Shown piece after piece: positions 10,175-19,528 of a stretch of 64,000 bases of DNA. The position numbers and the translations under genes are program-made. The stretch lies in IMG/VR virus record IMGVR_UViG_3300035661_000001, positions 186,001-250,000 of that record, one strand, 5' to 3'. The number at the start of each line of letters is the position of its first letter. Position 1 is the stretch's first letter. Below the pieces are notes generated by a model that did not search any database, was not told where the DNA came from, and saw only the letters and a list, made by a program, of their open reading frames with translations.

Positions 10175-10562
10175 ATATGATGCTCTACCTGGGTATTTTT
10201 TATTATTTAATGTACGCGACCTTTCTAACATGCAATGGGCAAGTTGGGAGGAAGTTGAATTATGGGCAGAAGGATTGAATTTGCCTGTAGTGCCTGCTCT
10301 TTTCAAAGGACAAGTATCGTCAGAAAAAGAATTAAAAGAACTTACAGAATCATTAATGAATACACCATCTCAGTATGGAGATATAAAAGAAGGTGTAGTT
10401 GTAAGAGTACAAGAATCTTTTGATGATGAAAATTTTTCTTTTTGTGTGGCTAAAATGGTACGGAAAAATTATGTACAAACAAGTACACATTGGAAAGAGC
10501 AAGAAATTGTCAGGAACAAATTGTCTAATAAAATAAGTCTTGACGCCTCAAAATTATATTAA
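10167..10562 (+). pseudogene. C-terminal half of an ATP-dependent RNA ligase (Rnl2-like family), motif I missing
   Basis: IKYDALPGYFLLF, VPALFKG, EGVVVR, VAKMVR, HW; no KxDG motif upstream. Confidence 0.7.
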
Positions 10563-10568
10563 TATGAT
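10540..10568 (+). promoter_or_regulatory. Sigma70-type promoter
   Basis: TTGACG-17 nt-TATGAT upstream of ORF 10608. Confidence 0.6.
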
Positions 10569-10607
10569 ACTATATTAAATAACTAGGGAATAACAAGGGT
10601 ATCATAT

Positions 10608-10847
10608 ATGGGCATGCGCCGTTTTCATTTCGAAAGATCAGAAGATGCGTCAGGTGTCAGTGGTTGTGGAAAAGTAGCAGAAGGTTGTATATTTTTGGAC
10701 ACAGGAGAAATTGTAGTTCATTGGCTAGGAAAGCACAGTTGCATTAATATTTATCATTCTTTGGAAGACGTGGAATATATTCATGGTCACCAAGGAAGAA
10801 CTAGAATAGTTTTTGATGATCCTGAAGATCAGAAGGGTGGAAATTGA
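10608..10847 (+). CDS. Conserved phage hypothetical protein
   Basis: R.EDxSGVSG.G.VAEG...IHGH.G.T pattern. Confidence 0.65.
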   Translation: MGMRRFHFERSEDASGVSGCGKVAEGCIFLDTGEIVVHWLGKHSCINIYHSLEDVEYIHGHQGRTRIVFDDPEDQKGGN

Positions 10848-11194
10848 ATTATAACACTGCTCAATTAATAGCTCTTGCGCAAACATGTCCGCAAGAGTTA
10901 ATGAAGATTTTAATCGACCCCAATGTTGACACCAAAATGTTAACATCTGGGGTTGAAGTTTTTTGTGAAGAAGTTCAAGATGAAAATTTAATCCTTTCAG
11001 CTTTAAGACTACTTCTCAAGAGTAAGAATGCCTTAGTGCGTGAAAGCGCAATTATTGGCGTAACAGGATTTTATATTGACAATATCCCTCCACAAGATAT
11101 ATTAGATAAGTTAAAAATTATGTCTAATGTTGATCCCTCTCCATTTCTAAAAGAATATGCGGGAGATGCATTCGATAAATATAGCGCGGAGTAA
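10844..11194 (+). CDS. HEAT-repeat protein
   Basis: LKSKNALVRESAIIG and DPSPFLKEYA HEAT-like repeats. Confidence 0.6.
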   Translation: MNYNTAQLIALAQTCPQELMKILIDPNVDTKMLTSGVEVFCEEVQDENLILSALRLLLKSKNALVRESAIIGVTGFYIDNIPPQDILDKLKIMSNVDPSPFLKEYAGDAFDKYSAE

Positions 11195-11197
11195 AAT

Positions 11198-11467
11198 ATG
11201 AAAATTTCGGGAACCAACAAGGAAATTGTTGAAATAGTTAATCTATTAGATCCATCATTTAAATGTAAATGTGATCCAAAAATTGGTAGATTTCGTTGTA
11301 CGTCATCTCATGATCGTGATTGTTTATTCGAAGAGCCCTGGGGACCAGAATATGGTATCTATGTTAGGACTTATGACATCGAATATAATGGTAATAAAAT
11401 AAACAACGCCACTTGTATAGATATACAAAATCCCAATTCTAATATTTTAAGTGGTACTGTAAAATGA
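11198..11467 (+). CDS. Hypothetical protein
   Basis: ORF track. Confidence 0.5.
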   Translation: MKISGTNKEIVEIVNLLDPSFKCKCDPKIGRFRCTSSHDRDCLFEEPWGPEYGIYVRTYDIEYNGNKINNATCIDIQNPNSNILSGTVK

Positions 11468-11631
11468 AATTATTAAAATGTAAATTATGTTCCGGTGAAG
11501 TGGATATTATCGGAAACGAACGATCGATTAATAAAAAAATAAAATGTAGAAAATGTGGATTTAGTAATGAAATAGAATCTAAATTCCCAGAAGTATTCGT
11601 TATCAGAAAGAGGCGCCCTGTCGATGTCTAA
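11464..11631 (+). CDS. Small zinc-ribbon protein (55 aa, not in ORF track)
   Basis: MKLLKCKLCSGE...KCRKCGF; overlaps both neighbours in operon fashion. Confidence 0.65.
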   Translation: MKLLKCKLCSGEVDIIGNERSINKKIKCRKCGFSNEIESKFPEVFVIRKRRPVDV

Positions 11632-12157
11632 AACCGCGTATCATTCAGCTGATGAATCTATTATCGATATCAATAACAGAATAGAGAATATGAATTATGT
11701 AATCAGTAAATTACAATTCATAAAATCTGTATTTCCTGATGTTAAAATACAGACATATAAATCTTCTGATGGAAAAGATTGGTTTCAATTCTCATCTAAA
11801 ATGGTAAGTACAAACTATACTAATTATGATATAGAAAATGCTTATCGAGCTATAAATGTTAATTTGTATTCTGAATTAGAATTTGTTTATAATGGAAAAT
11901 CAGAAATTGTTAAGATTTTTTCAGATCCTAAAAAAATAAAATTAGCCAAAGCTTCAACATATCGTAGAAATGGTGAATATGGACGTTACATTATATTTTA
12001 TAAATTCTCATTTAGCAAACATGTTAGTCCTTTAAAAGATGAAGCATTAAGTAAATGTAGAAACGCAATCATGATGTTCATAAAACAACATACAGATTAT
12101 AAGCTTGATACAAAAAATTTAGATGCTCGTTTGAAGAAACTTTTAATTTTTACCTGA
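11624..12157 (+). CDS. Hypothetical protein (paralog family)
   Basis: Ends RLKKLLIFT. Confidence 0.6.
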   Translation: MSKTAYHSADESIIDINNRIENMNYVISKLQFIKSVFPDVKIQTYKSSDGKDWFQFSSKMVSTNYTNYDIENAYRAINVNLYSELEFVYNGKSEIVKIFSDPKKIKLAKASTYRRNGEYGRYIIFYKFSFSKHVSPLKDEALSKCRNAIMMFIKQHTDYKLDTKNLDARLKKLLIFT

Positions 12158-12163
12158 GAGTAT

Positions 12164-12658
12164 ATGGCTAAAATTTTAGATAGAGATAATCACATCTTAA
12201 CATTAGAAGAAGACTTAGCTACATTAAAAATAGTTCGAGAAATTTTTCCTAATGTTCAATTAAAATTAGATACTTCAAATAACTCTTATGTTTTTGCAGA
12301 TAAATCTGTTAACAGATTGTTTAACTCTTTTGAATTATTTAATTATAGTTCAGAAGTAAGATTAAGTGTAGAATATTTGATTAAATTTGAACACGCCGGT
12401 AAAGAAAAAGTTGTATCTGTAGGTTGCGTTCCTAAAAGCTGCTTATTATTGCGTGTAACAGGTCAAACTTATGATAATAATGTACAAGACATTTATTATC
12501 ATAAATCAATTTTTAAATCTCGTGATAAAAATATACAACACAAGTTATCTTCTGCATGCAACTTGCATGTGATAGAAACTATTAAAAAACACCCGCAAGC
12601 TAAACTACATCGAGATACATTTCCAGAAAAGCTAAAAAAATTATTAATTTTTGCTTAA
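12164..12658 (+). CDS. Hypothetical protein (paralog family)
   Basis: Ends KLKKLLIFA. Confidence 0.6.
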   Translation: MAKILDRDNHILTLEEDLATLKIVREIFPNVQLKLDTSNNSYVFADKSVNRLFNSFELFNYSSEVRLSVEYLIKFEHAGKEKVVSVGCVPKSCLLLRVTGQTYDNNVQDIYYHKSIFKSRDKNIQHKLSSACNLHVIETIKKHPQAKLHRDTFPEKLKKLLIFA

Positions 12659-12694
12659 TGATTTAAGATGAGTATTGCAAATTTGTGAGGAACT

Positions 12695-14089
12695 ATGACA
12701 TTCGATGGCAAATATCAAGATTGGAATCAAAAAAGAATAAAAGGTATCCTAGAATTTTATGGTCACAAATTTCTCTATTATAAAAAGATTCTAGATTTAG
12801 GTTGTGGTCATGCGGATATTAGTGGAGTTTTTTATAGATTAGGAGCTGATGTAACTGCTGTTGATGCTCGTCAAGAGCATTTAAAAATAGTAAATAAAAA
12901 ATATAATGGCATTAAAACTATTAAGGCAGATTTAGATTCCGAATGGCCATTTGCTAGAAATTATTTTGATATTGTTTTAGATTTAGATTTACTTTGCCAT
13001 TTGAATAATTATGAAGATCATCTTCGTAAAGTTTGTAGCATTACTAATCATTTAATATTAGAAACCGCAGTCTGTGACTCAGACGATCCCAACAAAGTAA
13101 TATTACTTCCTGAAAATAAATCCATTTATGACGCATCTATAAATGGAGTAGGTAGTAGACCAACTGCTGCTGCTATTGAACGGATATTAACTGAATGTGG
13201 AATGAATTTTCGCAGGCAAGATAAAAATAGATATAATTCTAATTCATATGTATATGATTGGGAAAATAAAAATGATGATGAATGCGATATTAATAAAAGA
13301 CGCCTTTGGTTCGCAGTAAAAAATACCAGTAATATTCAATTTGCTTTATCTACAAATCCCACTATTAAAATAAATGAATCGCAATTCGGCGCCCCATTAC
13401 AAAATTCAAATCTACCATTACAAAATTCAAATCTACCATTACAGAGAACCCCAAGAATTAGTAGTAGTAGTAGTAGTAGTATTCAATCACCTATAAATAA
13501 TTTTATCACTAATCCTAGCAACCATAGTCCTAAAATTAGATTGTTTTATAATTATTATGTTGATGAAAATCCGCAAAGAAGAAAAGAAATAGATTTTTGT
13601 TTAAAGCAAAATATTAATAATCCATTAATTGATATAATTGTTCTTGAATCAGAAATAAATCCTACATTTGATTTTTTTATAGAAAAAATCAATCTTCTAT
13701 CAGGTGAAAATGATATTAATATAATTTGTAATTCTGATATATTTTTAGATAATACAATACAATTAGTTAAAAATATTAATAAAAAAGAATTTTACGCATT
13801 AAGTCGATATGATTGGAATAATAATTCATCATCATTTTTTGATATGGCTAACAGTCAGGACACTTGGATTTTTAGAGGAAAAGTTGATAATGTCAACGCT
13901 AATTTTCAATTGGGTAAATTAGGATGTGATAATAGAATAGCTCATGAATTTAAAATGGCTGGATATACGGTCACAAATCCAAGTAAATCAATTAAAACGT
14001 ATCATGTACATAACTCTAATATACGCAGATATACCGAAAATGAAAGAATTAATGGAACATATTTGTTTATAAAACCTACGAGCTTATAA
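12695..14089 (+). CDS. Class I SAM methyltransferase fused to a putative glycosyltransferase-like domain
   Basis: ILDLGCGHA motif I; Ser/Pro/Asn-rich linker; C-terminal NSDIF, SQDTWIF, GCDNRIA. Confidence 0.7.
   Translation: MTFDGKYQDWNQKRIKGILEFYGHKFLYYKKILDLGCGHADISGVFYRLGADVTAVDARQEHLKIVNKKYNGIKTIKADLDSEWPFARNYFDIVLDLDLLCHLNNYEDHLRKVCSITNHLILETAVCDSDDPNKVILLPENKSIYDASINGVGSRPTAAAIERILTECGMNFRRQDKNRYNSNSYVYDWENKNDDECDINKRRLWFAVKNTSNIQFALSTNPTIKINESQFGAPLQNSNLPLQNSNLPLQRTPRISSSSSSSIQSPINNFITNPSNHSPKIRLFYNYYVDENPQRRKEIDFCLKQNINNPLIDIIVLESEINPTFDFFIEKINLLSGENDINIICNSDIFLDNTIQLVKNINKKEFYALSRYDWNNNSSSFFDMANSQDTWIFRGKVDNVNANFQLGKLGCDNRIAHEFKMAGYTVTNPSKSIKTYHVHNSNIRRYTENERINGTYLFIKPTSL
13394..13480 (+). 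repeat. In-frame tandem repeats in the linker: 21-bp unit x2.4 and (AGT)7
   Basis: CCATTACAAAATTCAAATCTA repeats encode PLQNSNL; AGT x7 encodes poly-Ser. Confidence 0.9.
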
Positions 14090-14994
14090 TGAAAATAACA
14101 TTTTTTAATCATTATCATAATGGAGATATTCACCTTTCTCGTGGTATTATTAGAAAAATAATAAACAAAGTGCATGAATATGATTCATCAGTAAAATTTT
14201 CATATAGCCATCCAAATAAATCAAATTTATTATTTGATATCTCAGAATTAGATTATGATTTTTTAAGTTTATCTAAGCTAGACTCACAAAATAGTATTAT
14301 TAAACTTGATGATACTATTTATATTAATACTTGGTATGATCAGCAAAATCAAAAATATTCTAAAAAATACGGAATATTAACAATTGATGCATTATACGGG
14401 GCGCTTAGCGATTCTTGCGAACAAATTTGGGATTTCAAATTAGATGACACATCATCAGATTTGAAAGATTTTTTTCCAATTATTGATTATTCAAAATTTG
14501 ATATTGAAATAGTGCAGTTTTGGCTGCATAATCATAAAAATAAAAAAATATTAATTGAAAACGGACATTCTTTTTCCGGGCAATCTCATAATTTCGATAT
14601 GACTTCAGTCGCAATAAAATTAGCAAATCAACATCCAGATATTATTTTTATTCTATCTAAAAAAGAAGATTTAATCCTACCAAATAATATATTTTACTCT
14701 TCAGATATTATTAAAAAAACAGAGGGATCTGATTTAAATGAAATATCATTTTTAAGTACTCATTGCGATATGATCATTGGCAGATCTTCCGGGGTTTTTT
14801 CATTTACCATGGTAAATGAAAACCTTTTTAAAAGAAAAATAAAATTGATAAGTTTTGCGCATTTGATTGCTGGACAAACTAAATTTTGGTTGGGACCAAA
14901 ATTTAGTGATCAAATCTACTATTCATCTAATATAATTGTATCAAATGCAATTAATACTAATCGGGTATTAGATATAATTAATGAAAATTTATAA
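14089..14994 (+). CDS. Putative glycosyltransferase-like protein (GT-B-like)
   Basis: HNGDIHLSR, LSTHCDMIIGRSSG patterns; glyco-cluster context. Confidence 0.4.
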   Translation: MKITFFNHYHNGDIHLSRGIIRKIINKVHEYDSSVKFSYSHPNKSNLLFDISELDYDFLSLSKLDSQNSIIKLDDTIYINTWYDQQNQKYSKKYGILTIDALYGALSDSCEQIWDFKLDDTSSDLKDFFPIIDYSKFDIEIVQFWLHNHKNKKILIENGHSFSGQSHNFDMTSVAIKLANQHPDIIFILSKKEDLILPNNIFYSSDIIKKTEGSDLNEISFLSTHCDMIIGRSSGVFSFTMVNENLFKRKIKLISFAHLIAGQTKFWLGPKFSDQIYYSSNIIVSNAINTNRVLDIINENL

Positions 14995-15610
14995 TATGAA
15001 ACAATTATGTATTTTTGGAACTGGCGGATTTGCTAAAGAAGTTTATTGGCTAGCGCTTCAATGTAATAGGTACATAAATTGTTTTATAGATATAGGTGAT
15101 AAAAACAGTTTATGCGGAATTCCTGTTAAAGACGAAGATTATTTCAATCCAGATTTACATATAGCTATAGTTGCAACTGGAAATCCACATTTGCGTAAAA
15201 AAATAGTAAATAAGATATTATCTAAATATGATGAATCAGTATTTGATACATTAATTTCACCAAATGCTAATTTAATGTCTAGAGACACTATCTCAATTGG
15301 CGCCGGATCAGTAATTTGTTCTAATTGCATTTTGACTGGAGATATTAAATTAGGAGCACATGCCCAGTTGAATTTATCTAGCACTATCGGTCATGATACG
15401 GCAGTTGGAGATTTTTTTACTACCGCTCCAGGAGCTCATATAAGCGGAAATGTAACAACAGGTGACTGCGTATATTTTGGAACGAATTCTTCGTCTATTG
15501 AAAATATCAATATATGTAATAATGTTACAGTTGGGGCGGGTGCTTGTGTAACGAAAAATATATTTGAACCCGGAATTTACGTAGGTATTCCTGCAAAAAT
15601 AAAACTATGA
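14981..15610 (+). CDS. Sugar N/O-acetyltransferase, PglD/NeuD family
   Basis: IFGTGGFAKE, hexapeptide repeats, IGHD catalytic His, YVGIPAK. Confidence 0.88.
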   Translation: MKIYNMKQLCIFGTGGFAKEVYWLALQCNRYINCFIDIGDKNSLCGIPVKDEDYFNPDLHIAIVATGNPHLRKKIVNKILSKYDESVFDTLISPNANLMSRDTISIGAGSVICSNCILTGDIKLGAHAQLNLSSTIGHDTAVGDFFTTAPGAHISGNVTTGDCVYFGTNSSSIENINICNNVTVGAGACVTKNIFEPGIYVGIPAKIKL

Positions 15611-15640
15611 TTTGATCATATCACAAATATTGAGAAAAAT

Positions 15641-15943
15641 ATGGATACTCTTGGCAGCTTAATAGATAAATTAGCAACAATCAACAATAAAATGTTTGTG
15701 GTGCAAGAAGAATTATATGTTATACGGAAAATGACATTTGAAGAATTTAAAAAAACATATGGTAACGATGATGAAAGTTTGTTAAAACTTTTTCTTGTTT
15801 TTAAAAAATCATGTGATTTAAATGTTCAGAGACAACAAACCATATTAGAGGTAGATAAAAAGGTAGTCGATATGATAGAAAGTTCCAAAAATCAAAATTT
15901 GGAGGGAGGCTTTTATATCCAAGATCAACATAAAACATATTAA
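15641..15943 (+). CDS. Small helical protein (DUF4254-like)
   Basis: DTLGSLIDKL...N.QR pattern; glyco-cluster context. Confidence 0.45.
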   Translation: MDTLGSLIDKLATINNKMFVVQEELYVIRKMTFEEFKKTYGNDDESLLKLFLVFKKSCDLNVQRQQTILEVDKKVVDMIESSKNQNLEGGFYIQDQHKTY

Positions 15944-15952
15944 AAATATTAT

Positions 15953-16807
15953 ATGAGAATATTAAATTTTGGTGGATTACCAACCTCTCTTGGAGAAATC
16001 ATAAATATGAAATTTTATTTTGATCAAGTAAAACATAATTATGATCAAATTAAAATAAGCTTTCATACACAGTTATGGAATGAGGGTCTACATACAAATG
16101 CTCCTGATTGGGAATATAAAAAACAATTATGGAATAAGTATCTATTTGATATTGGAAAATTATTTTTTTCAGAGCCACCTTATGTTATCGAATCAAAATC
16201 AGCTAGATTTGGAGGAGATACTACCAGTTTAGTTAATTTATTAAATCTAAAACCACAGAAGATAGAGATGGCTCATCTTTTATGTAAAGGCTCACCTTTA
16301 AATCTTGGTGAAGAGTATATTGTTATTACTACTAAATTAAGACAGGTAGAAAAAAATATTTTCTACCCTCACTCAATTGAACTGTGGAAAACAATTCGTA
16401 AATTATCTTCAAAATATAAAATAGTTATTTTGGGAGAGAGAACAGTTGAAATGAGAAAAGAATATTCATCTATTCAATCTTCCGTATTTGGAATATATGA
16501 ACAACTCATTGCTAATTTACCCAAAGAGCGTATAGTTGACTTAACTGTCCCTGCTTTAGGAGAAACAGTTTCTGATTTAAAACAAATACAGCAAGACTGC
16601 CTAATCATGAATGAAGCTAAATTCGTTATTACTTTAGGTATTGGTGGTAACTCTTGTATGGCTCATGCTGTTGCAAATATGTCAATAGGATTTAGAGCTG
16701 ATAATTCAACGTTTGCTGATGCGGTTTTTCATAATAAAGAATATCCTAACGCTATAGTCACCAAAGATTGGTCGAAATTTATACGTATTTTGGAGAAGTA
16801 TTTATGA
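15953..16807 (+). CDS. Hypothetical protein, possible glycosyltransferase-like
   Basis: Glyco-cluster context; GIGG motif. Confidence 0.4.
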   Translation: MRILNFGGLPTSLGEIINMKFYFDQVKHNYDQIKISFHTQLWNEGLHTNAPDWEYKKQLWNKYLFDIGKLFFSEPPYVIESKSARFGGDTTSLVNLLNLKPQKIEMAHLLCKGSPLNLGEEYIVITTKLRQVEKNIFYPHSIELWKTIRKLSSKYKIVILGERTVEMRKEYSSIQSSVFGIYEQLIANLPKERIVDLTVPALGETVSDLKQIQQDCLIMNEAKFVITLGIGGNSCMAHAVANMSIGFRADNSTFADAVFHNKEYPNAIVTKDWSKFIRILEKYL

Positions 16808-17907
16808 TCCCTATATATCAACCTTATTTTACTAAAAAATCTTTATCTTATGCACATGAGACATTAGATTTAACATGGGTATCTTCTCACGGAAAATATA
16901 TTCAAATAATTGAAGAAAAGTTAAAAGAACTTTTAAATGTTAAATATGTATTACCAGTAAATAATGGTACTAGCGCATGTCATTTACTATCTAAATCATT
17001 AACAAATAAATTCGACAAAAATGAAATTATTGTTCCTGATAATGTTTATGTTGCTGCTTGGAATGCTTTTCTTTTTGATAAAAATTATAAATTGTTAAGT
17101 ATCGGATCTGATATCGACACCTGGAATATTGATTTAGCAGAATTAGATGAAAAGATTAATTTGCACCCAAATGCCGCAGTCTTGATTGTACATAACATAG
17201 GAAACATTATTAATGTACCAGAGTTACAAAAAAAATATCCTAATACAGTTTTTGTAGAAGATAATTGTGAGGGATTTTTAGGAAAATATAATAATACACA
17301 ATCTGGTACTGCAAGTTATGCCTCGGCTATTTCTTTTTTTGGAAATAAAAATATAACTAGCGGTGAAGGCGGCGCATTAATAACTAATGATGAAGAAACA
17401 TTTCTTTATGCGAAAAATATTCATTCGCAAGGACAATCAGATAAAAGGTTTATACATAATAATTTGGGTTATAATTATCGCATGACAAATGTCCAAGCAG
17501 CTATCTTATTTGGACAAATCGAAATATTACCAGAAATTTTAGAAAAAAAACAAAAAATATTTGAAAAATATCGTAATTTCATTTCAAATAGAGATGATAT
17601 TTCAATGCAAACTATTCGTCCAGATACAGAGCATTCTAACTGGATGTTTGGTGTAAGAGTAAAAAATTCTAATTACTCAGCAACTGAATCTTTTTTCAAA
17701 AATCGTAATATTGAAACAAGACCAATGTTTTATCCTATATACTGCCACGACCATTTAATAAAAAATAAAAATGTGTCATGGAATAAAAATGAAAATTCAG
17801 AATTACTTAATAACGAATGTTTCATTTTACCTAGTTACCCAGATTTAACTCATGATGATCAAAAACATATTTTATCTTCTTTAGAGAATTATCTTGGTCA
17901 ATATTAA
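16804..17907 (+). CDS. DegT/DnrJ/EryC1/StrS PLP aminotransferase (perosamine-synthase-like)
   Basis: MIPIYQP start, NGTSA, EDNCE, SFFGNKNITSGEGG, GYNYRMTN.QAA. Confidence 0.92.
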   Translation: MIPIYQPYFTKKSLSYAHETLDLTWVSSHGKYIQIIEEKLKELLNVKYVLPVNNGTSACHLLSKSLTNKFDKNEIIVPDNVYVAAWNAFLFDKNYKLLSIGSDIDTWNIDLAELDEKINLHPNAAVLIVHNIGNIINVPELQKKYPNTVFVEDNCEGFLGKYNNTQSGTASYASAISFFGNKNITSGEGGALITNDEETFLYAKNIHSQGQSDKRFIHNNLGYNYRMTNVQAAILFGQIEILPEILEKKQKIFEKYRNFISNRDDISMQTIRPDTEHSNWMFGVRVKNSNYSATESFFKNRNIETRPMFYPIYCHDHLIKNKNVSWNKNENSELLNNECFILPSYPDLTHDDQKHILSSLENYLGQY

Positions 17908-17935
17908 AAATATGGTATTTTTTTCGTAAATTACT

Positions 17936-18451
17936 GTGAATAGAACTCTAAGAATGAAATTTTTTAAAAAGATAGCTCAAACAGCTGTCTCTACTGAAAA
18001 TGAAACCGCAACAGTTAGCGGTTCTCCTAAAGCATTTATGGCTACAGATTACTACCCTATAATTTTAGCGTTCTCAAGTAGAAATATCCCATTAATTGAT
18101 GGCTTATCAAATGTATTAAATAATGCTTTGTACTATTCAAGTAATGGTAAAAATGATTTGCAATGGCTTAAATCAATTAATTTTAATTTTGACGTATCAA
18201 ATGTCCTATCAACAGATTTGCGAAATATTATAGGTTTTGCAAAACAAGTATATTTACAAATTTATACTAACAACGGACAAATCGATAAAAAAGCATTATC
18301 TTCACAAGAAATAGCTGATAGAATTAATCCATTGAAATATAGCCAATATTTAAGCAATATGTCTGCAACAGGTACAAATAGCCAACTGAATACTAAGATT
18401 GGTGGAAATCTTCGAACGTTGATTAATAATTATCTATTGCAGATAAAATGA
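17936..18451 (+). CDS. Hypothetical protein (possible virion protein)
   Basis: ORF track; N-terminal KKIAQ motif. Confidence 0.5.
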   Translation: MNRTLRMKFFKKIAQTAVSTENETATVSGSPKAFMATDYYPIILAFSSRNIPLIDGLSNVLNNALYYSSNGKNDLQWLKSINFNFDVSNVLSTDLRNIIGFAKQVYLQIYTNNGQIDKKALSSQEIADRINPLKYSQYLSNMSATGTNSQLNTKIGGNLRTLINNYLLQIK

Positions 18452-18472
18452 TCATGGTATATTTAATATGAT

Positions 18473-19252
18473 ATGTCATATTCTAAACTCAGCGATAGAA
18501 TCGGAAGTTACTCTACTTCAACCGATTATAAAATATTAAATAGATTACCACTCATTATTACAGTTAATGGCAGGGGGTTCTCTAAATCTACATCTTTATT
18601 AGACAAACCTTTTTGTTCTAAATTTTCAGAATGCATGACATCGACTATGTTAAAAATGTGCTCTGAGATAGAAGGTACTTTATTTTCTTATTCATTTAAT
18701 GATGAAATTGTTATTGTTGCTCGTAATGATCAGCATCAAGATACAGCGGCTTGGTATGATAATAAATTACAAAAGATTTGTTCGGTCAGCGCAAGCATAG
18801 CTACTGAAAATTTTAATCGTATGGGTTCAGAATTGAATTTGTTAGGACATGGTATATTTTACTCTCATATATTTCCAGTGCCAACTTTAGCTGAAGCTAT
18901 AAATACATTAGTATTTAAACAACAACAAAATTTCTATTTATCAATTCAATCAGCCTGTCTTTACGAATTGTTAAAACATTACAATAAAAATACTATTAAA
19001 GAAATGTTAAATGATCTTAGTGTTGATGAAAAAATAGATTTATTACGACAGGAGTGTGATGTTAATTTCAATGACTATCCCATCGCTTTCCGACGTGGGG
19101 TAGCTACATACAAAGTACCTAAAGTCGTAAATGATGTTATGAAGAATAAATGGATTATAAATAGTGATCTTCCAATTTTCACTAAAGATCAATCATTTCT
19201 TGGAAACATTTTTAGAAACGGCGCGGATATTTTTAGAACCGATAGTTTTTAA
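18473..19252 (+). CDS. tRNA-His guanylyltransferase-like (Thg1/TLP) protein
   Basis: ITVNGRGFSK, FNDEI, WYDNKLQKICSVSAS, FRRG; first catalytic Asp appears as Asn. Confidence 0.8.
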   Translation: MSYSKLSDRIGSYSTSTDYKILNRLPLIITVNGRGFSKSTSLLDKPFCSKFSECMTSTMLKMCSEIEGTLFSYSFNDEIVIVARNDQHQDTAAWYDNKLQKICSVSASIATENFNRMGSELNLLGHGIFYSHIFPVPTLAEAINTLVFKQQQNFYLSIQSACLYELLKHYNKNTIKEMLNDLSVDEKIDLLRQECDVNFNDYPIAFRRGVATYKVPKVVNDVMKNKWIINSDLPIFTKDQSFLGNIFRNGADIFRTDSF

Positions 19253-19254
19253 TC

Positions 19255-19410
19255 ATGAAAAATGTTATCTGCCAATCTTCAAAGAAAAAAAGATATTCAA
19301 CGGAAAAAGAAGCTCACAAGATTATTTTACTACTGGGAATAAATATGCATATTTATCAATGTGAAGATTGTAATGGATACCATCTTACAAAAATAAAAAA
19401 TAAATTTTGA
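19255..19410 (+). CDS. Small Cys/His zinc-binding phage protein (51 aa, not in ORF track)
   Basis: MKNVIC...KKRYSTEKEA...YQCEDCNGYHLT. Confidence 0.65.
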   Translation: MKNVICQSSKKKRYSTEKEAHKIILLLGINMHIYQCEDCNGYHLTKIKNKF

Positions 19411-19454
19411 CCCATCCACTAGGCATACTGTGATATAGTGGATGTGCGAGATAC

Positions 19455-19528
19455 GCTAGTTTAGTATAATGGTATTATTCCTGTTTTGTACTCAGGTGAC
19501 AAGAGTTCGATTCTCTTAACTAGCTCCA
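19455..19528 (+). tRNA. tRNA-Thr(UGU)
   Basis: GCTAGTT/AACTAGC acceptor stem, anticodon loop TT-TGT-AC, T arm AAGAG-TTCGATT-CTCTT, encoded CCA. Confidence 0.85.

Noticed and set aside
10175-10306. N-terminal extension of the minus-strand LAGLIDADG ORF
   Set aside because: It is the antisense of the RNA ligase fragment and has no endonuclease features
13394-13480. 21-bp repeat as a CRISPR array
   Set aside because: Head-to-tail with no spacers, in frame inside a protein linker
19455-19528. Calling the tRNA Tyr(GUA)
   Set aside because: The symmetric 7-nt loop places TGT, not GTA, at positions 34-36
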